A stretch of 64,000 nt of DNA from Thermoproteota archaeon (GCA_027491395.1 JAOZFI010000036.1:94772-158771), one strand, 5' to 3'. Numbered from the stretch's first letter, positions 8,568-18,419 are shown. Notes: generated by a model not told the origin, from the letters alone. Numbers and translations are program-made.

Positions 8568-9180
8568 GAAGGGCTGTGAGAATCGATGCGGCCAAGGCGA
8601 GCATCAGGGGAGTCATCCAATCCGCCTCCGTACTGCCTTGTGGTCTCCTAACTTCAACTTCAGGCGCTCCGCCTTTCTCAGCTTCAGCCGGTGTTTCCGG
8701 GTAGAGGGGTACTGCAACAGTGGTGGTCCTCTCCTCCGCCGGCATAACGGCTGGTCTCGGCCTCATGAGATACCAAGGCATGCCCACTATGAATATGGCC
8801 ACGAGCACGCTGATCACGAGGCTTTTCACCAGTATCTCCTTGGGAGGAAGTGTTCTTCCCAGAACGCTTCTCAGACAACTCTCTTTGTCCTTCCTAGTCG
8901 TGGGAACGACCAAGAAGGCAGATGAAGATAGGGTGTAGAGGGTCTTCCTGCCTCTCCTCCCAGCCATCGTTCCTACGACTCTTATGACACCCGCTTCCAA
9001 GAGCTTATCGACATGAAAAACTATGGTGGTAAGTGGCTGGTTCAGCTCCTTGGCCAGATCATTGGGACTCTTGGGATACTCCCTGAGTGAGGAGATGATT
9101 CTCCTTCCAAGGTCATTAGCTATCTCTTGCCCGAAGAGCCTAACCCTATCATCATCCAGAGTGAATATCTCCCAGTCCAT
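8509..9180 (-). CDS. ArsR-type HTH regulator with two TM helices
   Basis: N-terminal wHTH (SPNDLAKELNQPLTTIVFHVDKLLEAGVI); two hydrophobic segments flank a Pro/Thr/Glu-rich loop. Confidence 0.8.
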   Translation of the reverse strand: MDWEIFTLDDDRVRLFGQEIANDLGRRIISSLREYPKSPNDLAKELNQPLTTIVFHVDKLLEAGVIRVVGTMAGRRGRKTLYTLSSSAFLVVPTTRKDKESCLRSVLGRTLPPKEILVKSLVISVLVAIFIVGMPWYLMRPRPAVMPAEERTTTVAVPLYPETPAEAEKGGAPEVEVRRPQGSTEADWMTPLMLALAASILTALLIALLVLRREVLPYSERTP

Positions 9181-9225
9181 CCAAGCAGGTGAGAGAGGAC
9201 CTGATATAAATTGATGAGTTAATGT

Positions 9226-9879
9226 TCAATACGCGCCGAACCTTTTCCACTCTATAAGAATGTCCGCAGCTTCCGAGAGGCTGTCAGCCACGTGGTCAGC
9301 TAAGGACCTTATAACCTCCGATCTGGGCCTGAACGCGATCTTCTTTCCTATCTCCATGCGGAAGACCGATAGATCGCTCTCACCATCTCCCACAAAGGCC
9401 ACCCTGCGGAGAGGGACACCGAACCCCCTCGCCACATCCGTGAGCTCCTCAGACTTCCTCTCTGGATCCAGCTCCCTCAGGATCCCAAGTACCCTACCGT
9501 CTACTATCCTCAGCTTGGCAGATCTGCAGAAGTCCATCCTGAGCATATTGCAGAGCCTCTCGGCAATCACATCGAGACCAGAGCTTATGAGCCCTACCAC
9601 AAATCTCTCCTCCTTAAGCCTCCCCACCGCCTCCTCCGCATCCTCAACGGGCCTCAGATTCTCCACTTCCTTCAGCACGATGGAAAAATCCCTCTCCTTC
9701 CATAGAGAGACATCCAGTTCGGCCCACTTCCTGTAGTCGATCTCGCCACTCTCATACATCCTCCTATATCTGGAGGCGACCTCTTCAGTACCCAGAAGCT
9801 TGTGTACGAACTCCCATGAGCTGTTTATAGGGAGGAGAGTCCCGTCCATATCGAATGCTACCAAGTAGGCCTCACTCAA
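9226..9879 (-). CDS. Phosphoserine phosphatase-like HAD hydrolase (subfamily IB)
   Basis: AFDMDGTL, ISSG, FVGDGESD. Confidence 0.85.
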   Translation of the reverse strand: MSEAYLVAFDMDGTLLPINSSWEFVHKLLGTEEVASRYRRMYESGEIDYRKWAELDVSLWKERDFSIVLKEVENLRPVEDAEEAVGRLKEERFVVGLISSGLDVIAERLCNMLRMDFCRSAKLRIVDGRVLGILRELDPERKSEELTDVARGFGVPLRRVAFVGDGESDLSVFRMEIGKKIAFRPRSEVIRSLADHVADSLSEAADILIEWKRFGAY

Positions 9880-10153
9880 CGCTTATCACCTCCCTTATCA
9901 GGGAGACTGGCACTAGGAGGAAATCCCCCTCGACCCTGCAACCCCTCCACTCGAATCCCTCGATGTGGTCCATCAACCTGTCATCTCTACTCTCACGCTC
10001 ATAGTATCTGAATATCGCTTTGATCTCTATCCTAACGATCTCTTGGTCTCCTGCGTTGGAGAGTATTCTGGGACCGTGCACTTTCAGGTACCTCTTCAAC
10101 GCATCGATCACGCGCTCCCTTCCCATCGGCACCACCTTATTTACGTGGACCAT
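9872..10153 (-). CDS. Hypothetical protein
   Basis: 93 aa; stop overlaps the start of the downstream HAD gene; start uncertain. Confidence 0.55.
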   Translation of the reverse strand: MVHVNKVVPMGRERVIDALKRYLKVHGPRILSNAGDQEIVRIEIKAIFRYYERESRDDRLMDHIEGFEWRGCRVEGDFLLVPVSLIREVISVE

Positions 10154-10171
10154 CCCATTTGCTCGATAGGT

Positions 10172-11134
10172 ATGAGGAGGGTCGAGGATATTACCCTGCG
10201 CCCTGGAATGACCGCCTCGGATATCATCGGGGAGATGGAGAAGGCCGGCGGTTTCACCGCCAAATTCGTGGCAGAGGGAGTCAGCATCCTAGAGAGGATG
10301 GTGAGGGATCCGGAGTCGGTGAACTTCCTCTCCTTCCCAGCAGACATTGTCTCCACAGGAGTGAGGGGGATACTGGTCGACATGCTAAGGAGGAACCTGT
10401 TCGACGTTGTGATAACTACGGGGGGCACGATAGACCACGACATCGCTAGGTGCTTCGCTGACTACTATCACGGGAGCTTCGACGCCGACGACTCCGAACT
10501 ATATGAGAGGAGGATACACAGGCTGGGGAACGTGTTCATACCCTTCGACAATTACGGACCCGTGGTGGAGAGGTTCGTGAGGGAAGAGGTACCGAAGGTC
10601 TTGGGGGAGTCTGGAAGGAGGATATCTCCCAGCGAGCTACTCCATAGTCTGGGCGAGAAAATGTGCCCCAAATCCATCCTGAGGACGGCTTACGAGGCTA
10701 AAGCCCCAATATTCTCCCCAGGCCTCTTGGACTCGTCGTTCGGTACAGCTTTAAGCTTCCTATCCCAAGAATCGGACTTCCATCTAGACTTCATCAGGGA
10801 CGTGCTGAAACTGGCGGACCTTTCCTTCACCATGAAGGTGAGTGGAGCCCTAGTCTTGGGGGGCGGGATATCCAAGCACCACACAATATGGTGGAACCAG
10901 TTCAAAGGAGGACTCGACTACGTCGTGTACCTGACCACTGCAGTGGAGTGGGACGGGAGTCTCAGCGGGGCGAGGGAGAGGGAGGCCATAAGCTGGGGTA
11001 AGGTCTCCAAGAGGGCGGTGAGGACATTCATACCCGGAGAAGTGTCTGCTCTCCTCCCGCTCATGTATGCGGCGCTTCTCGACAGGATCAGCGACTTCCA
11101 GAGGGAAGGGAGACAATTAATCGGGAAGCTTTAA
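10172..11134 (+). CDS. dys: Deoxyhypusine synthase
   Basis: ITTGGTIDHD, HRLGNV, GGGISKHH, DGSLSGA, EAISWGK. Start moved to ATG 10172. Confidence 0.95.
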   Translation: MRRVEDITLRPGMTASDIIGEMEKAGGFTAKFVAEGVSILERMVRDPESVNFLSFPADIVSTGVRGILVDMLRRNLFDVVITTGGTIDHDIARCFADYYHGSFDADDSELYERRIHRLGNVFIPFDNYGPVVERFVREEVPKVLGESGRRISPSELLHSLGEKMCPKSILRTAYEAKAPIFSPGLLDSSFGTALSFLSQESDFHLDFIRDVLKLADLSFTMKVSGALVLGGGISKHHTIWWNQFKGGLDYVVYLTTAVEWDGSLSGAREREAISWGKVSKRAVRTFIPGEVSALLPLMYAALLDRISDFQREGRQLIGKL

Positions 11135-11176
11135 AACGGGGTAGCTCTGGGTTGGTCCCGTGAGGAGGGTGGTGCA

Positions 11177-12313
11177 TTGAACCAAGAGCTGGGAATAAAG
11201 CTCATGCAGACCAATCAGAGTGACTGGTTCTCATGGATCTTCTTCCTGATATTCATCACCATCATGCAGTTCTACGCTAGTAAGCTCCAGGCCCAACTAT
11301 GGATCAACGAGATCAGGAAAGCCTTGGCCAAGCTCGAGGAATACACTAACGACGCTACCAAGAAATTCGTTGAAGAGGCATCCAAGTACGGCCGTCCGAA
11401 GGAGGAGGTGGAATCTCTCTTCAAGAGAATCAAGGGGTTCTTCGTGATACAGCCTGTCACTCTAGACCCATTTGGCGCCGTCAAGAGGCTGGAGCACCTA
11501 CTAGAGAGCTCCAAAGATCATCTCAACAAATTCATGGTCGAGATAGCCCCCAAAGCCGACGAGTGGAAGAGATCCAACCTGAGAGATCAGATGTCCGGCG
11601 TCTTGGCCCTTGACATGATATACAGGATTGTCCGTCACTACTTCATACTAGGGAGGAGAACCCAGAACCTCATATACATCGCCCAGATCCAGATGCTGCT
11701 CCCTGAGATCCTTAGGATAGCCAAGGCCTACTGGAAGGCGGGCGAGGCCTTCAGGAGGGGCATTCCTATAGGAGACAGCATCGGTCCGATGGTGGCTTTG
11801 AGGCTCATGAACGGAGTAGAGCCCAAGGAGGTGGCCGAGAATATAGTCGGAGCGGAGGTGGACATAGAGGGAAGGAGAACTTTTATCATAAAGGCGAAGG
11901 GTCCGGGATCGGAGGTAGGGAGGCCCGGAGTGGCCATCGAGAGGATAGTCGAGAGCAGGGAGGGTAATGTCTCCCTCATCATCATGATAGACGCGGCCGC
12001 CAAGTTGGAGGGCGAGCCGACAGCTGAGGTGGTCGAGGGAATAGGGGCGGCGATAGGGGATCCAGGACCCGAGAAGCTGAGGATAGAGGAGGTCGCCACA
12101 AAGTACAAGATACCACTGCACGCCATAGCCATTAAGGAGGATCCGCTCGACGCCATAACCTCCATGAGAGAGGAGATAGCCAAGTCGGTGGATGAGGTCA
12201 TAGAGAGGGTTAAAATGGCGATAAGATCGAAGACCCTCCCGGGAGACTTCGTGCTCATAGCGGGGATAGGGAACACTGTGGGGGTTGGCAACACGATGGG
12301 AGGTGCCTCATGA
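11177..12313 (+). CDS. DUF1512 family membrane-anchored protein
   Basis: N-terminal TM helix; PIGDSIGP, KAKGPG, IDAAAKLEGE, GDPGPEK, GIGNTVGVG. Confidence 0.85.
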   Translation: MNQELGIKLMQTNQSDWFSWIFFLIFITIMQFYASKLQAQLWINEIRKALAKLEEYTNDATKKFVEEASKYGRPKEEVESLFKRIKGFFVIQPVTLDPFGAVKRLEHLLESSKDHLNKFMVEIAPKADEWKRSNLRDQMSGVLALDMIYRIVRHYFILGRRTQNLIYIAQIQMLLPEILRIAKAYWKAGEAFRRGIPIGDSIGPMVALRLMNGVEPKEVAENIVGAEVDIEGRRTFIIKAKGPGSEVGRPGVAIERIVESREGNVSLIIMIDAAAKLEGEPTAEVVEGIGAAIGDPGPEKLRIEEVATKYKIPLHAIAIKEDPLDAITSMREEIAKSVDEVIERVKMAIRSKTLPGDFVLIAGIGNTVGVGNTMGGAS

Positions 12314-12745
12314 ATGTCCTCCAACAACTCCAACAAGAAGGGAGCTCCGACAGGGTTCTACCTATTCTGGATAGCATCAATGGTAGGTATAGTGCTTATC
12401 TCGGTTCTCTTCTTTTACATGGGATTCTCCTCGCTTCAGGAAGGGAACACAAATGATGCGATCCTGAATATAGTGATGGGAGTAGCTGGCATGGGTATAG
12501 CCGTTAAGGTCGCTTACGACATGGCCAAAGCAAGGCTCGCCTATCAGGAGGAGCACCAGGAGATCTTCACCGAGTTGCACTGCACGAATTGCGGGAGGAA
12601 GATGCTAAGGACATTCAAGGAGGGGGACTTCGTCGGGAAGCTCTCTACCGACGATAAGTGTCCCAAATGCGGCTCTTCTATGCTCATAGTCTCGATATTC
12701 GCCAAAACTCCCAAGCAAAAGGCTAAAGAGAAGGCCTTACAATGA
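12314..12745 (+). CDS. Two-TM membrane protein with C-terminal zinc ribbon
   Basis: Two hydrophobic helices, then CTNC...FKEGDFV...CPKC; abuts the DUF1512 stop. Confidence 0.8.
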   Translation: MSSNNSNKKGAPTGFYLFWIASMVGIVLISVLFFYMGFSSLQEGNTNDAILNIVMGVAGMGIAVKVAYDMAKARLAYQEEHQEIFTELHCTNCGRKMLRTFKEGDFVGKLSTDDKCPKCGSSMLIVSIFAKTPKQKAKEKALQ

Positions 12746-12758
12746 GCGGTGACCGGCT

Positions 12759-13235
12759 TTGAAGAAGACTAAAATCCATGTGGTGCCCTGCGTGGTGATA
12801 TTTAATAGAGAGGGCAAGGTACTGCTGCTCAAGCGGGCTAGAAGCAAGAGAAACGGTGGTAGATGGGAGATACCGGGCGGCAGCCTTAGGTACGGTGAGT
12901 CGCCGAGACGAGGTGCCTTAAGGGAGCTGAGAGAGGAGACGGGCTTCAAACTAACCCCTTTGGACCTCAGACCCGTGGACACGTTCGGGGTCATATATCC
13001 GGAGATGAGGGTAGAGTTCATAATTCCGCTGTACACGGCCGTCGTCGACAACGGGGTGGATCCCGTGATAAGGCCAGAGGAGCACGACGACTGGGGTTGG
13101 TTCACCATAGAACAGATAAAAGAGATGGAATTGAGAGACGAGACCATGAAGGGAGCCTACTTAATGGTTAAGGCAGCCAAAAAGTTGATCGACTCTCTAA
13201 ACGAAGAGAAAATGGGGGGAAGTGTGTCTGGCTGA
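12759..13235 (+). CDS. Nudix hydrolase
   Basis: Nudix box GGSLRYGESPRRGALRELREETG. Confidence 0.92.
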   Translation: MKKTKIHVVPCVVIFNREGKVLLLKRARSKRNGGRWEIPGGSLRYGESPRRGALRELREETGFKLTPLDLRPVDTFGVIYPEMRVEFIIPLYTAVVDNGVDPVIRPEEHDDWGWFTIEQIKEMELRDETMKGAYLMVKAAKKLIDSLNEEKMGGSVSG

Positions 13236-13244
13236 TTTCAGATC

Positions 13245-14420
13245 TCAGGAGACCTCCACGCCCAGCCTGCTCACGGGCCACCTCCTTATCATGGCCATCA
13301 TGACTTCCATTCCCTTCCAGCCTACCTCTTCCTTGGAGATGGCGCTGAACCCGAGCACTCTCTTCGTGTTCTTCTCGTAGACGAGGTAGGCGTGGTCGCC
13401 CCAACCGTTTCCGCTGAGATACACCCTGTCAGCCTCAAACCCCTCATTCTCAGCCTCAACACTCGTCAGCCCAACCGAGGCCATGTGGACTCCGCCGAAG
13501 AAGACATCCTTCTGGAACCTAGGCACCCTATAAGCTGCCTTGAACCCCGTGAGCGCTTTAGCCGCGTTAAGGGCCATTATGCTAGCGGCGGTGCCTATCC
13601 CCATGTATATGGGCTTATTTGTTAATATGTCTATGACGGTCGCGTTGTCCCCGACGGCGAATATGTTGGGATCCGAGGTCCTCCCCTGCTGATCTGTCTT
13701 TATGACCCAACCGTCTAGGAGCTCTAGGCCCGCCTCCTTGGCCAACGTTATCTCAGGGCTTACACCCGTGGCCACGAAGGTCATCTCCGAGCTAACCTCC
13801 TTGTCCTCATCCACTATGACTTTGCAATCCCTCACCTCCTTGGGTTTACCGTGGACGAATTCTACACCTTTCTCGGCCAAGAACTCCTCTAGTTTGGCGG
13901 ATAGCTCAGGCTCCAAGCTCCTCCTGATGAGCCTCGACCTCACTATGACCTTGGGTTTGGCTCCGATGGCTCTAGCAGCGTCTGCTACATGGAGAGCCAC
14001 GAAGCTAGCGCCGATTATTGCCACCTCATTCGGCTTCTCATCTATCAGCCTCTGAACGTCCCCCAATCTCCTGAAAACGGCGCAATTCTCCCCTCCCTTC
14101 AGTCTCGAGGGGATGGTAGGGTTCGAGCCAGTGGCCAATACGAGGTAGTCGTACGGAATGGTCTTACCATCTGAGAGGACGACTTCCTTCTGCTCCCTCC
14201 TTATCTTGGTTACCCTGTCCAAAATTATCTCTACGTCCTTGGACTCCAAGTGCCTAGTGCTCACCCAGAGGTCCATCCCCTGCGTGACTAGCCTCAGCTT
14301 GTGTCTCACGTATGGTCTCTCATCACCGATAACAGTGATCTTAGCGTCCGGAACCTGCTCGGCAACATGCCAAGCGGAGCCTAGTCCTCCCAGCCCAAAT
14401 CCGACGACAACAACCTTCAC
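13245..14420 (-). CDS. FAD/NAD(P)-dependent pyridine nucleotide-disulfide oxidoreductase family protein
   Basis: VVVGFGLGG, YDYLVLATGS, IIGASFVA, TSDPNIFAVGD. Confidence 0.87.
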   Translation of the reverse strand: MKVVVVGFGLGGLGSAWHVAEQVPDAKITVIGDERPYVRHKLRLVTQGMDLWVSTRHLESKDVEIILDRVTKIRREQKEVVLSDGKTIPYDYLVLATGSNPTIPSRLKGGENCAVFRRLGDVQRLIDEKPNEVAIIGASFVALHVADAARAIGAKPKVIVRSRLIRRSLEPELSAKLEEFLAEKGVEFVHGKPKEVRDCKVIVDEDKEVSSEMTFVATGVSPEITLAKEAGLELLDGWVIKTDQQGRTSDPNIFAVGDNATVIDILTNKPIYMGIGTAASIMALNAAKALTGFKAAYRVPRFQKDVFFGGVHMASVGLTSVEAENEGFEADRVYLSGNGWGDHAYLVYEKNTKRVLGFSAISKEEVGWKGMEVMMAMIRRWPVSRLGVEVS

Positions 14421-14476
14421 TCAGAACACCGCGCAGGGTGGGGGAGGGTAATTGAAAAAGTTAAACGAAAGGTCCC

Positions 14477-15781
14477 TCAACAGAAGATCACGGACTCCCT
14501 TCCGAACATCTTTGCACTTAACCATAGGAATACAATTAGATAGAGGATCGAAGCGATGAGGGAAGTTGCTATCGCTCCTAGATCTCCAGGGTTTACTATC
14601 ATATCCCTGGCGAACATTGCGAGGCTGGATATGGGTAAGACCCTCAGTACGGGGTGAAAGGACTGAGGAGCGTAGGGGATGGCGACCATAGGCACCACCA
14701 GTATCAGGGTGAGGAAACCTACGTACTGTTGTGCCTCCTTGAAGGTCTTGGCGAAGGAGGCGGCGGTTATCATGACCGCATTCCCAGTCAATCCACCCAA
14801 GGCTACCGTGATCAGGATCCCCAAGGTGAGGTAGAGGAGCCTCGATGGTTCCATCAGCTGCGGCACGGATCCGGCTGCTAATGACTCACTCATCGATGTG
14901 ATGGCGAATCCAACCCCTATCAAAGCGGAGAATAGGGTTGCTAAACCGCTTATCAGGGATAACAGGGTAAGAGCACCGAACTTTCCCAGCAGGAGCTGCC
15001 CTCTACTGACAGGATTGGTGAAGAGGGCTTCCAAGGTCTTCCTCTCCCTCTCGCCTGCTATCATGTCTATAGCGAATGTGCCGGCACCCGTTATCGCGAT
15101 TAGCCCCACCATCATGGGGAGGACCATGGCCGTTACCACCTCTCCGGTGGTGGCCCCCTCCCCCGTGCTTGTGACCTGAACCGCCACGGAGACTATCGGC
15201 TTTATGTACTCCTCGGACAGGTTTATGGCCTCGAGCCTTCTCCTCAACACCTCCTCGGAGTATTCGCTCACTACCCTCTGGACCACCCCCATAGCCACGG
15301 AGGATCTGGCTCCATAGGGATCGTAGTAGTAGATCAATCTACCCGTCTTCCCGGAGCTGAGGTTCTCGTAGAACCCCTCAGGGATATCAACGATGAGATC
15401 AACATCTCCACTCAGCACTAGGCCAGTATAGTTACCTCCATCCGTGACGATCGAAACCAGAGCTTCCGATGAATTCTCTAAGGCTTCAATCTCCTTAGCG
15501 AGGTCCATTCCACGGGGATCCTCCACGACCACCATGATCTTCGGGGGAATTGTCTTGGGGCTCAGCATGAGGGTGGGGAGGGATATTACCAGGGGCATGA
15601 GGATCATGGGGAGGAGTACCACATTCAGCATGGTCCTCCTATCCCTAAATGCCTCCAATACCTCCTTCCATGCCACAACCAACCAAGGCTTTGGAGGGAG
15701 GGAATAACCCTTCTGTCCGAATCCCTTAGAGATCTTTACTACACCGGAGGATCCCTTAAACAGCTTTCTCAATGACCTCAC
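14477..15781 (-). CDS. ABC-2 permease, NatB-like
   Basis: AWKEVLEAFRDRRT, AGERERKTLEAL, AKTFKEAQ; about 6 TM plus an extracellular loop. Confidence 0.88.
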   Translation of the reverse strand: MRSLRKLFKGSSGVVKISKGFGQKGYSLPPKPWLVVAWKEVLEAFRDRRTMLNVVLLPMILMPLVISLPTLMLSPKTIPPKIMVVVEDPRGMDLAKEIEALENSSEALVSIVTDGGNYTGLVLSGDVDLIVDIPEGFYENLSSGKTGRLIYYYDPYGARSSVAMGVVQRVVSEYSEEVLRRRLEAINLSEEYIKPIVSVAVQVTSTGEGATTGEVVTAMVLPMMVGLIAITGAGTFAIDMIAGERERKTLEALFTNPVSRGQLLLGKFGALTLLSLISGLATLFSALIGVGFAITSMSESLAAGSVPQLMEPSRLLYLTLGILITVALGGLTGNAVMITAASFAKTFKEAQQYVGFLTLILVVPMVAIPYAPQSFHPVLRVLPISSLAMFARDMIVNPGDLGAIATSLIASILYLIVFLWLSAKMFGRESVIFC

Positions 15782-16505
15782 CCCTCACTAGCCTCACGAA
15801 TATATCTTCGAACTCCCTCTTCCCGGCGATCCTTCTCAGATCCTCCTTGCTACCCTCGTACCTCAATGTCCCCTCACTGATGATTGCTATACGATCACAG
15901 AGCCTCTCCACCTCCCACATATTGTGCGTGGAGAGTATGACAGTCTTCCCGGATATGGCGTACTCCTCTATCATCTTCCTTATCTCTCGAGCGCTCATCA
16001 CGTCCACACCCAGCGTGGGCTCGTCCAGCAGGAGAACGGGAGGTTCATCAAGAATGGCTCTAGCGAACGCTAGTTTCTGTTTCTGTCCTCTAGACAGCTT
16101 ATCAGCTACCACAAACCTCTTCTCAGTGAGGTTCAGGATATCAAGGAGTTCCTTTATCCTCTTCCGGAGCCTTTCCTCATCCATTCCTCTCAGTTTACCG
16201 AAGTACACCAAGTTCTCCTCAGCTGTCAGTCTGGGATAAACTCCGGTATCCTCCGGGAGCACGCCCATCTTTCTCTTAGCCTCTATGGGATTCTCCCTTA
16301 CATCCACCCCCATCACCTTCGCCGTCCCGTACGTGGGCTTCAGAACCCCGTAGATCATTCTCAGCGTCGTGGTCTTACCGGCCCCGTTAGGTCCCAGCAA
16401 TCCGAATATGGTCCCTTCCTCCACCCTGAAACTGAGTTTCCTGACCGCCAAGAGATCACCGAAGGCCTTAGTCAAAGATATAGCTTCGACCGCGACCATC
16501 AACAC
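15756..16505 (-). CDS. ABC transporter ATP-binding protein, NatA-like
   Basis: GPNGAGKTT, LSRGQKQ, LLLDEPT. Confidence 0.93.
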   Translation of the reverse strand: MLMVAVEAISLTKAFGDLLAVRKLSFRVEEGTIFGLLGPNGAGKTTTLRMIYGVLKPTYGTAKVMGVDVRENPIEAKRKMGVLPEDTGVYPRLTAEENLVYFGKLRGMDEERLRKRIKELLDILNLTEKRFVVADKLSRGQKQKLAFARAILDEPPVLLLDEPTLGVDVMSAREIRKMIEEYAISGKTVILSTHNMWEVERLCDRIAIISEGTLRYEGSKEDLRRIAGKREFEDIFVRLVRGEVIEKAV

Positions 16506-16540
16506 ACCCCGTTTATATATTCAAGCTGCGAGAACCCCTG

Positions 16541-17755
16541 ATGAAGTACACGGCCGCTGCATCGCTTATAATAATGGTGATGCTGCTAGCGATACCTTCC
16601 CCACGACCCACACAAGCTCAGATAGCATTGCTTGGCGTATCGGACACCGAAGTGGTCGCTGGCGGTTTCTTCTATGCCTTCATAAACGTGACATCCCCCG
16701 GGACTAAGCCCATAGTCGAGTTCAAACTGTCCATCTCGGCTCCATCCAGCTGGAAGGTCGAACCCTATGGGGCCAGCGGGATAAACGCGGAGGGTAACAA
16801 GATAGATGTAAGGTGGGATGGAAACACAGCCGTTTATCAGGGGGACGGTGCTACTACGGCTCATGTGGCCTTCATAGTCCAAGTCCCCCTCCAAGACATG
16901 GAGGTCAGCAGGACCATATCGGCCCGGGGGTACCTCCTAGTTAAGGAGGGAAAGCACCTCGTCAAGTACGCGGTGACGGGTAGTAAGCAGATCTATGTCC
17001 ACAAGTGGGAGCCAATGGTGTTCTTGAACCTCAGCAGGACAGAGGTAGTGCCACCCTCTATAATAATCGCTAATGTGACCGTCCTCACTGGACCGCCCCT
17101 GTACCCCACGGCCATGAGGAACGTCGTGGTCAAGGTGGAGGACAGCATCTCAGGTCTTTTATACAACGAAACCGTCGAGTACTGGAGCTATCACAGGGCA
17201 CTATTCGCCAGAATACCGATAAAGATACCTATGGATGCTCCCGGGGGACAGCAGAAGATATCAGTGACCGTTGATTACGAGGTTGCTGGCAGGAGGCTGA
17301 GAACCTATGTGGATTACCCATACAAAGTGATAAAGCCCTCAAGCGTTAAAATAGAGAGGATAGAGGTCCCTGAAGAGGTTAAACTGGGACAGCCGTTCAA
17401 GCTCAACGCTACTGTCGTAAATCCATCCTCGTTCAAGGCCTTGGATGTGGAACTACATGTCAAGTTCTTGGGTAAACACGAGGTTGCCAAGATAGGGGAT
17501 CTGGGTCCGGGGAACTTCTCATTCATCAGCATACCTCTGAGGGCGGATAGGGAGGGGAACCATTCCGCAATGGTCTGGGTCGCTTGGGTCCAAGAATATC
17601 CCAAGGAGTTGAGGAGGTCTAACGAGACGAGTCAGGTAATTTATATAGTGAGAGAGGAGCCACCATACTGGATCGCGGTTCCCATTTTACTTCTGGTGAT
17701 CATGATTGCGGCAGTTAAGTACATTGCTAGGAGAAGAGGAGCTGGAGAACCTTAA
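16541..17755 (+). CDS. Secreted Ig-like/CARDB-type surface protein with C-terminal TM anchor
   Basis: Signal peptide, beta-rich domains with N-x-S/T sequons, C-terminal TM followed by RRR. Confidence 0.75.
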   Translation: MKYTAAASLIIMVMLLAIPSPRPTQAQIALLGVSDTEVVAGGFFYAFINVTSPGTKPIVEFKLSISAPSSWKVEPYGASGINAEGNKIDVRWDGNTAVYQGDGATTAHVAFIVQVPLQDMEVSRTISARGYLLVKEGKHLVKYAVTGSKQIYVHKWEPMVFLNLSRTEVVPPSIIIANVTVLTGPPLYPTAMRNVVVKVEDSISGLLYNETVEYWSYHRALFARIPIKIPMDAPGGQQKISVTVDYEVAGRRLRTYVDYPYKVIKPSSVKIERIEVPEEVKLGQPFKLNATVVNPSSFKALDVELHVKFLGKHEVAKIGDLGPGNFSFISIPLRADREGNHSAMVWVAWVQEYPKELRRSNETSQVIYIVREEPPYWIAVPILLLVIMIAAVKYIARRRGAGEP

Positions 17756-18419
17756 GAGTCAGGTAATGAAGGAGAGAGGAAGGGTCCTCCCTCCAAAGAG
17801 TAAATGGGAGCTCTTTAGGTTCGAGGTGCTCGACTACAAGGGAGTGGTCTATTCAAGCGGCAAAGTGGTGTACCACGAGCCCCTCATTCCTCTGATAGAG
17901 AGATCGCTGATAGAACGACCCGGGATCGAGATAGGTTCCGATGAGGCTGGGAAAGGTGAGAGATTCGGTCCCATAGTGGTCGCTGCCGTCGCACTGGACG
18001 AGGACGGCAGGAGATTCCTCAGAGCTAGGGGACTAATGGAGTCGAAGTCCCTATCAAAGCACAGGCTCTTGGAGATCGCTGGTATGGTAGAGGGGAGAGC
18101 GCTGGCGTTGAGCTACAAAGTCGTGACTCCAAATCAACTGATAAGCAGGTGGAGGAAGGGGAAATTGAACGATCTACTGACTGAATGGCACCTACAAGTA
18201 GTTTCAGAGGTCTTCGACGAGGTAGAAGCCTCTAGAATAATTGTAGACTCCTTCGATGAGTCTAGGCTCAGGGAAGCTTTCTCATTCTTCGAGAGTAGAG
18301 GGATAGAGGTCTTAATCGAGTCAAGAGCCGATCTCAAGTATCCATCAGTAGCCGCCGCTAGCGTCTTGGCAAGGAGGATCTATCTAGAAAAGATGGATGA
18401 AGGGATAAAGTGGACATGA
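17706..18419 (+). CDS. Type 2 RNase H (RNase HIII-like, C-terminally short)
   Basis: TBP-like VYSSGKVV, IGSDEAGKG-x-x-FGP, IIVDSF, VAAASVLAR. Start uncertain. Confidence 0.78.
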   Translation: MRQLSTLLGEEELENLKSQVMKERGRVLPPKSKWELFRFEVLDYKGVVYSSGKVVYHEPLIPLIERSLIERPGIEIGSDEAGKGERFGPIVVAAVALDEDGRRFLRARGLMESKSLSKHRLLEIAGMVEGRALALSYKVVTPNQLISRWRKGKLNDLLTEWHLQVVSEVFDEVEASRIIVDSFDESRLREAFSFFESRGIEVLIESRADLKYPSVAAASVLARRIYLEKMDEGIKWT

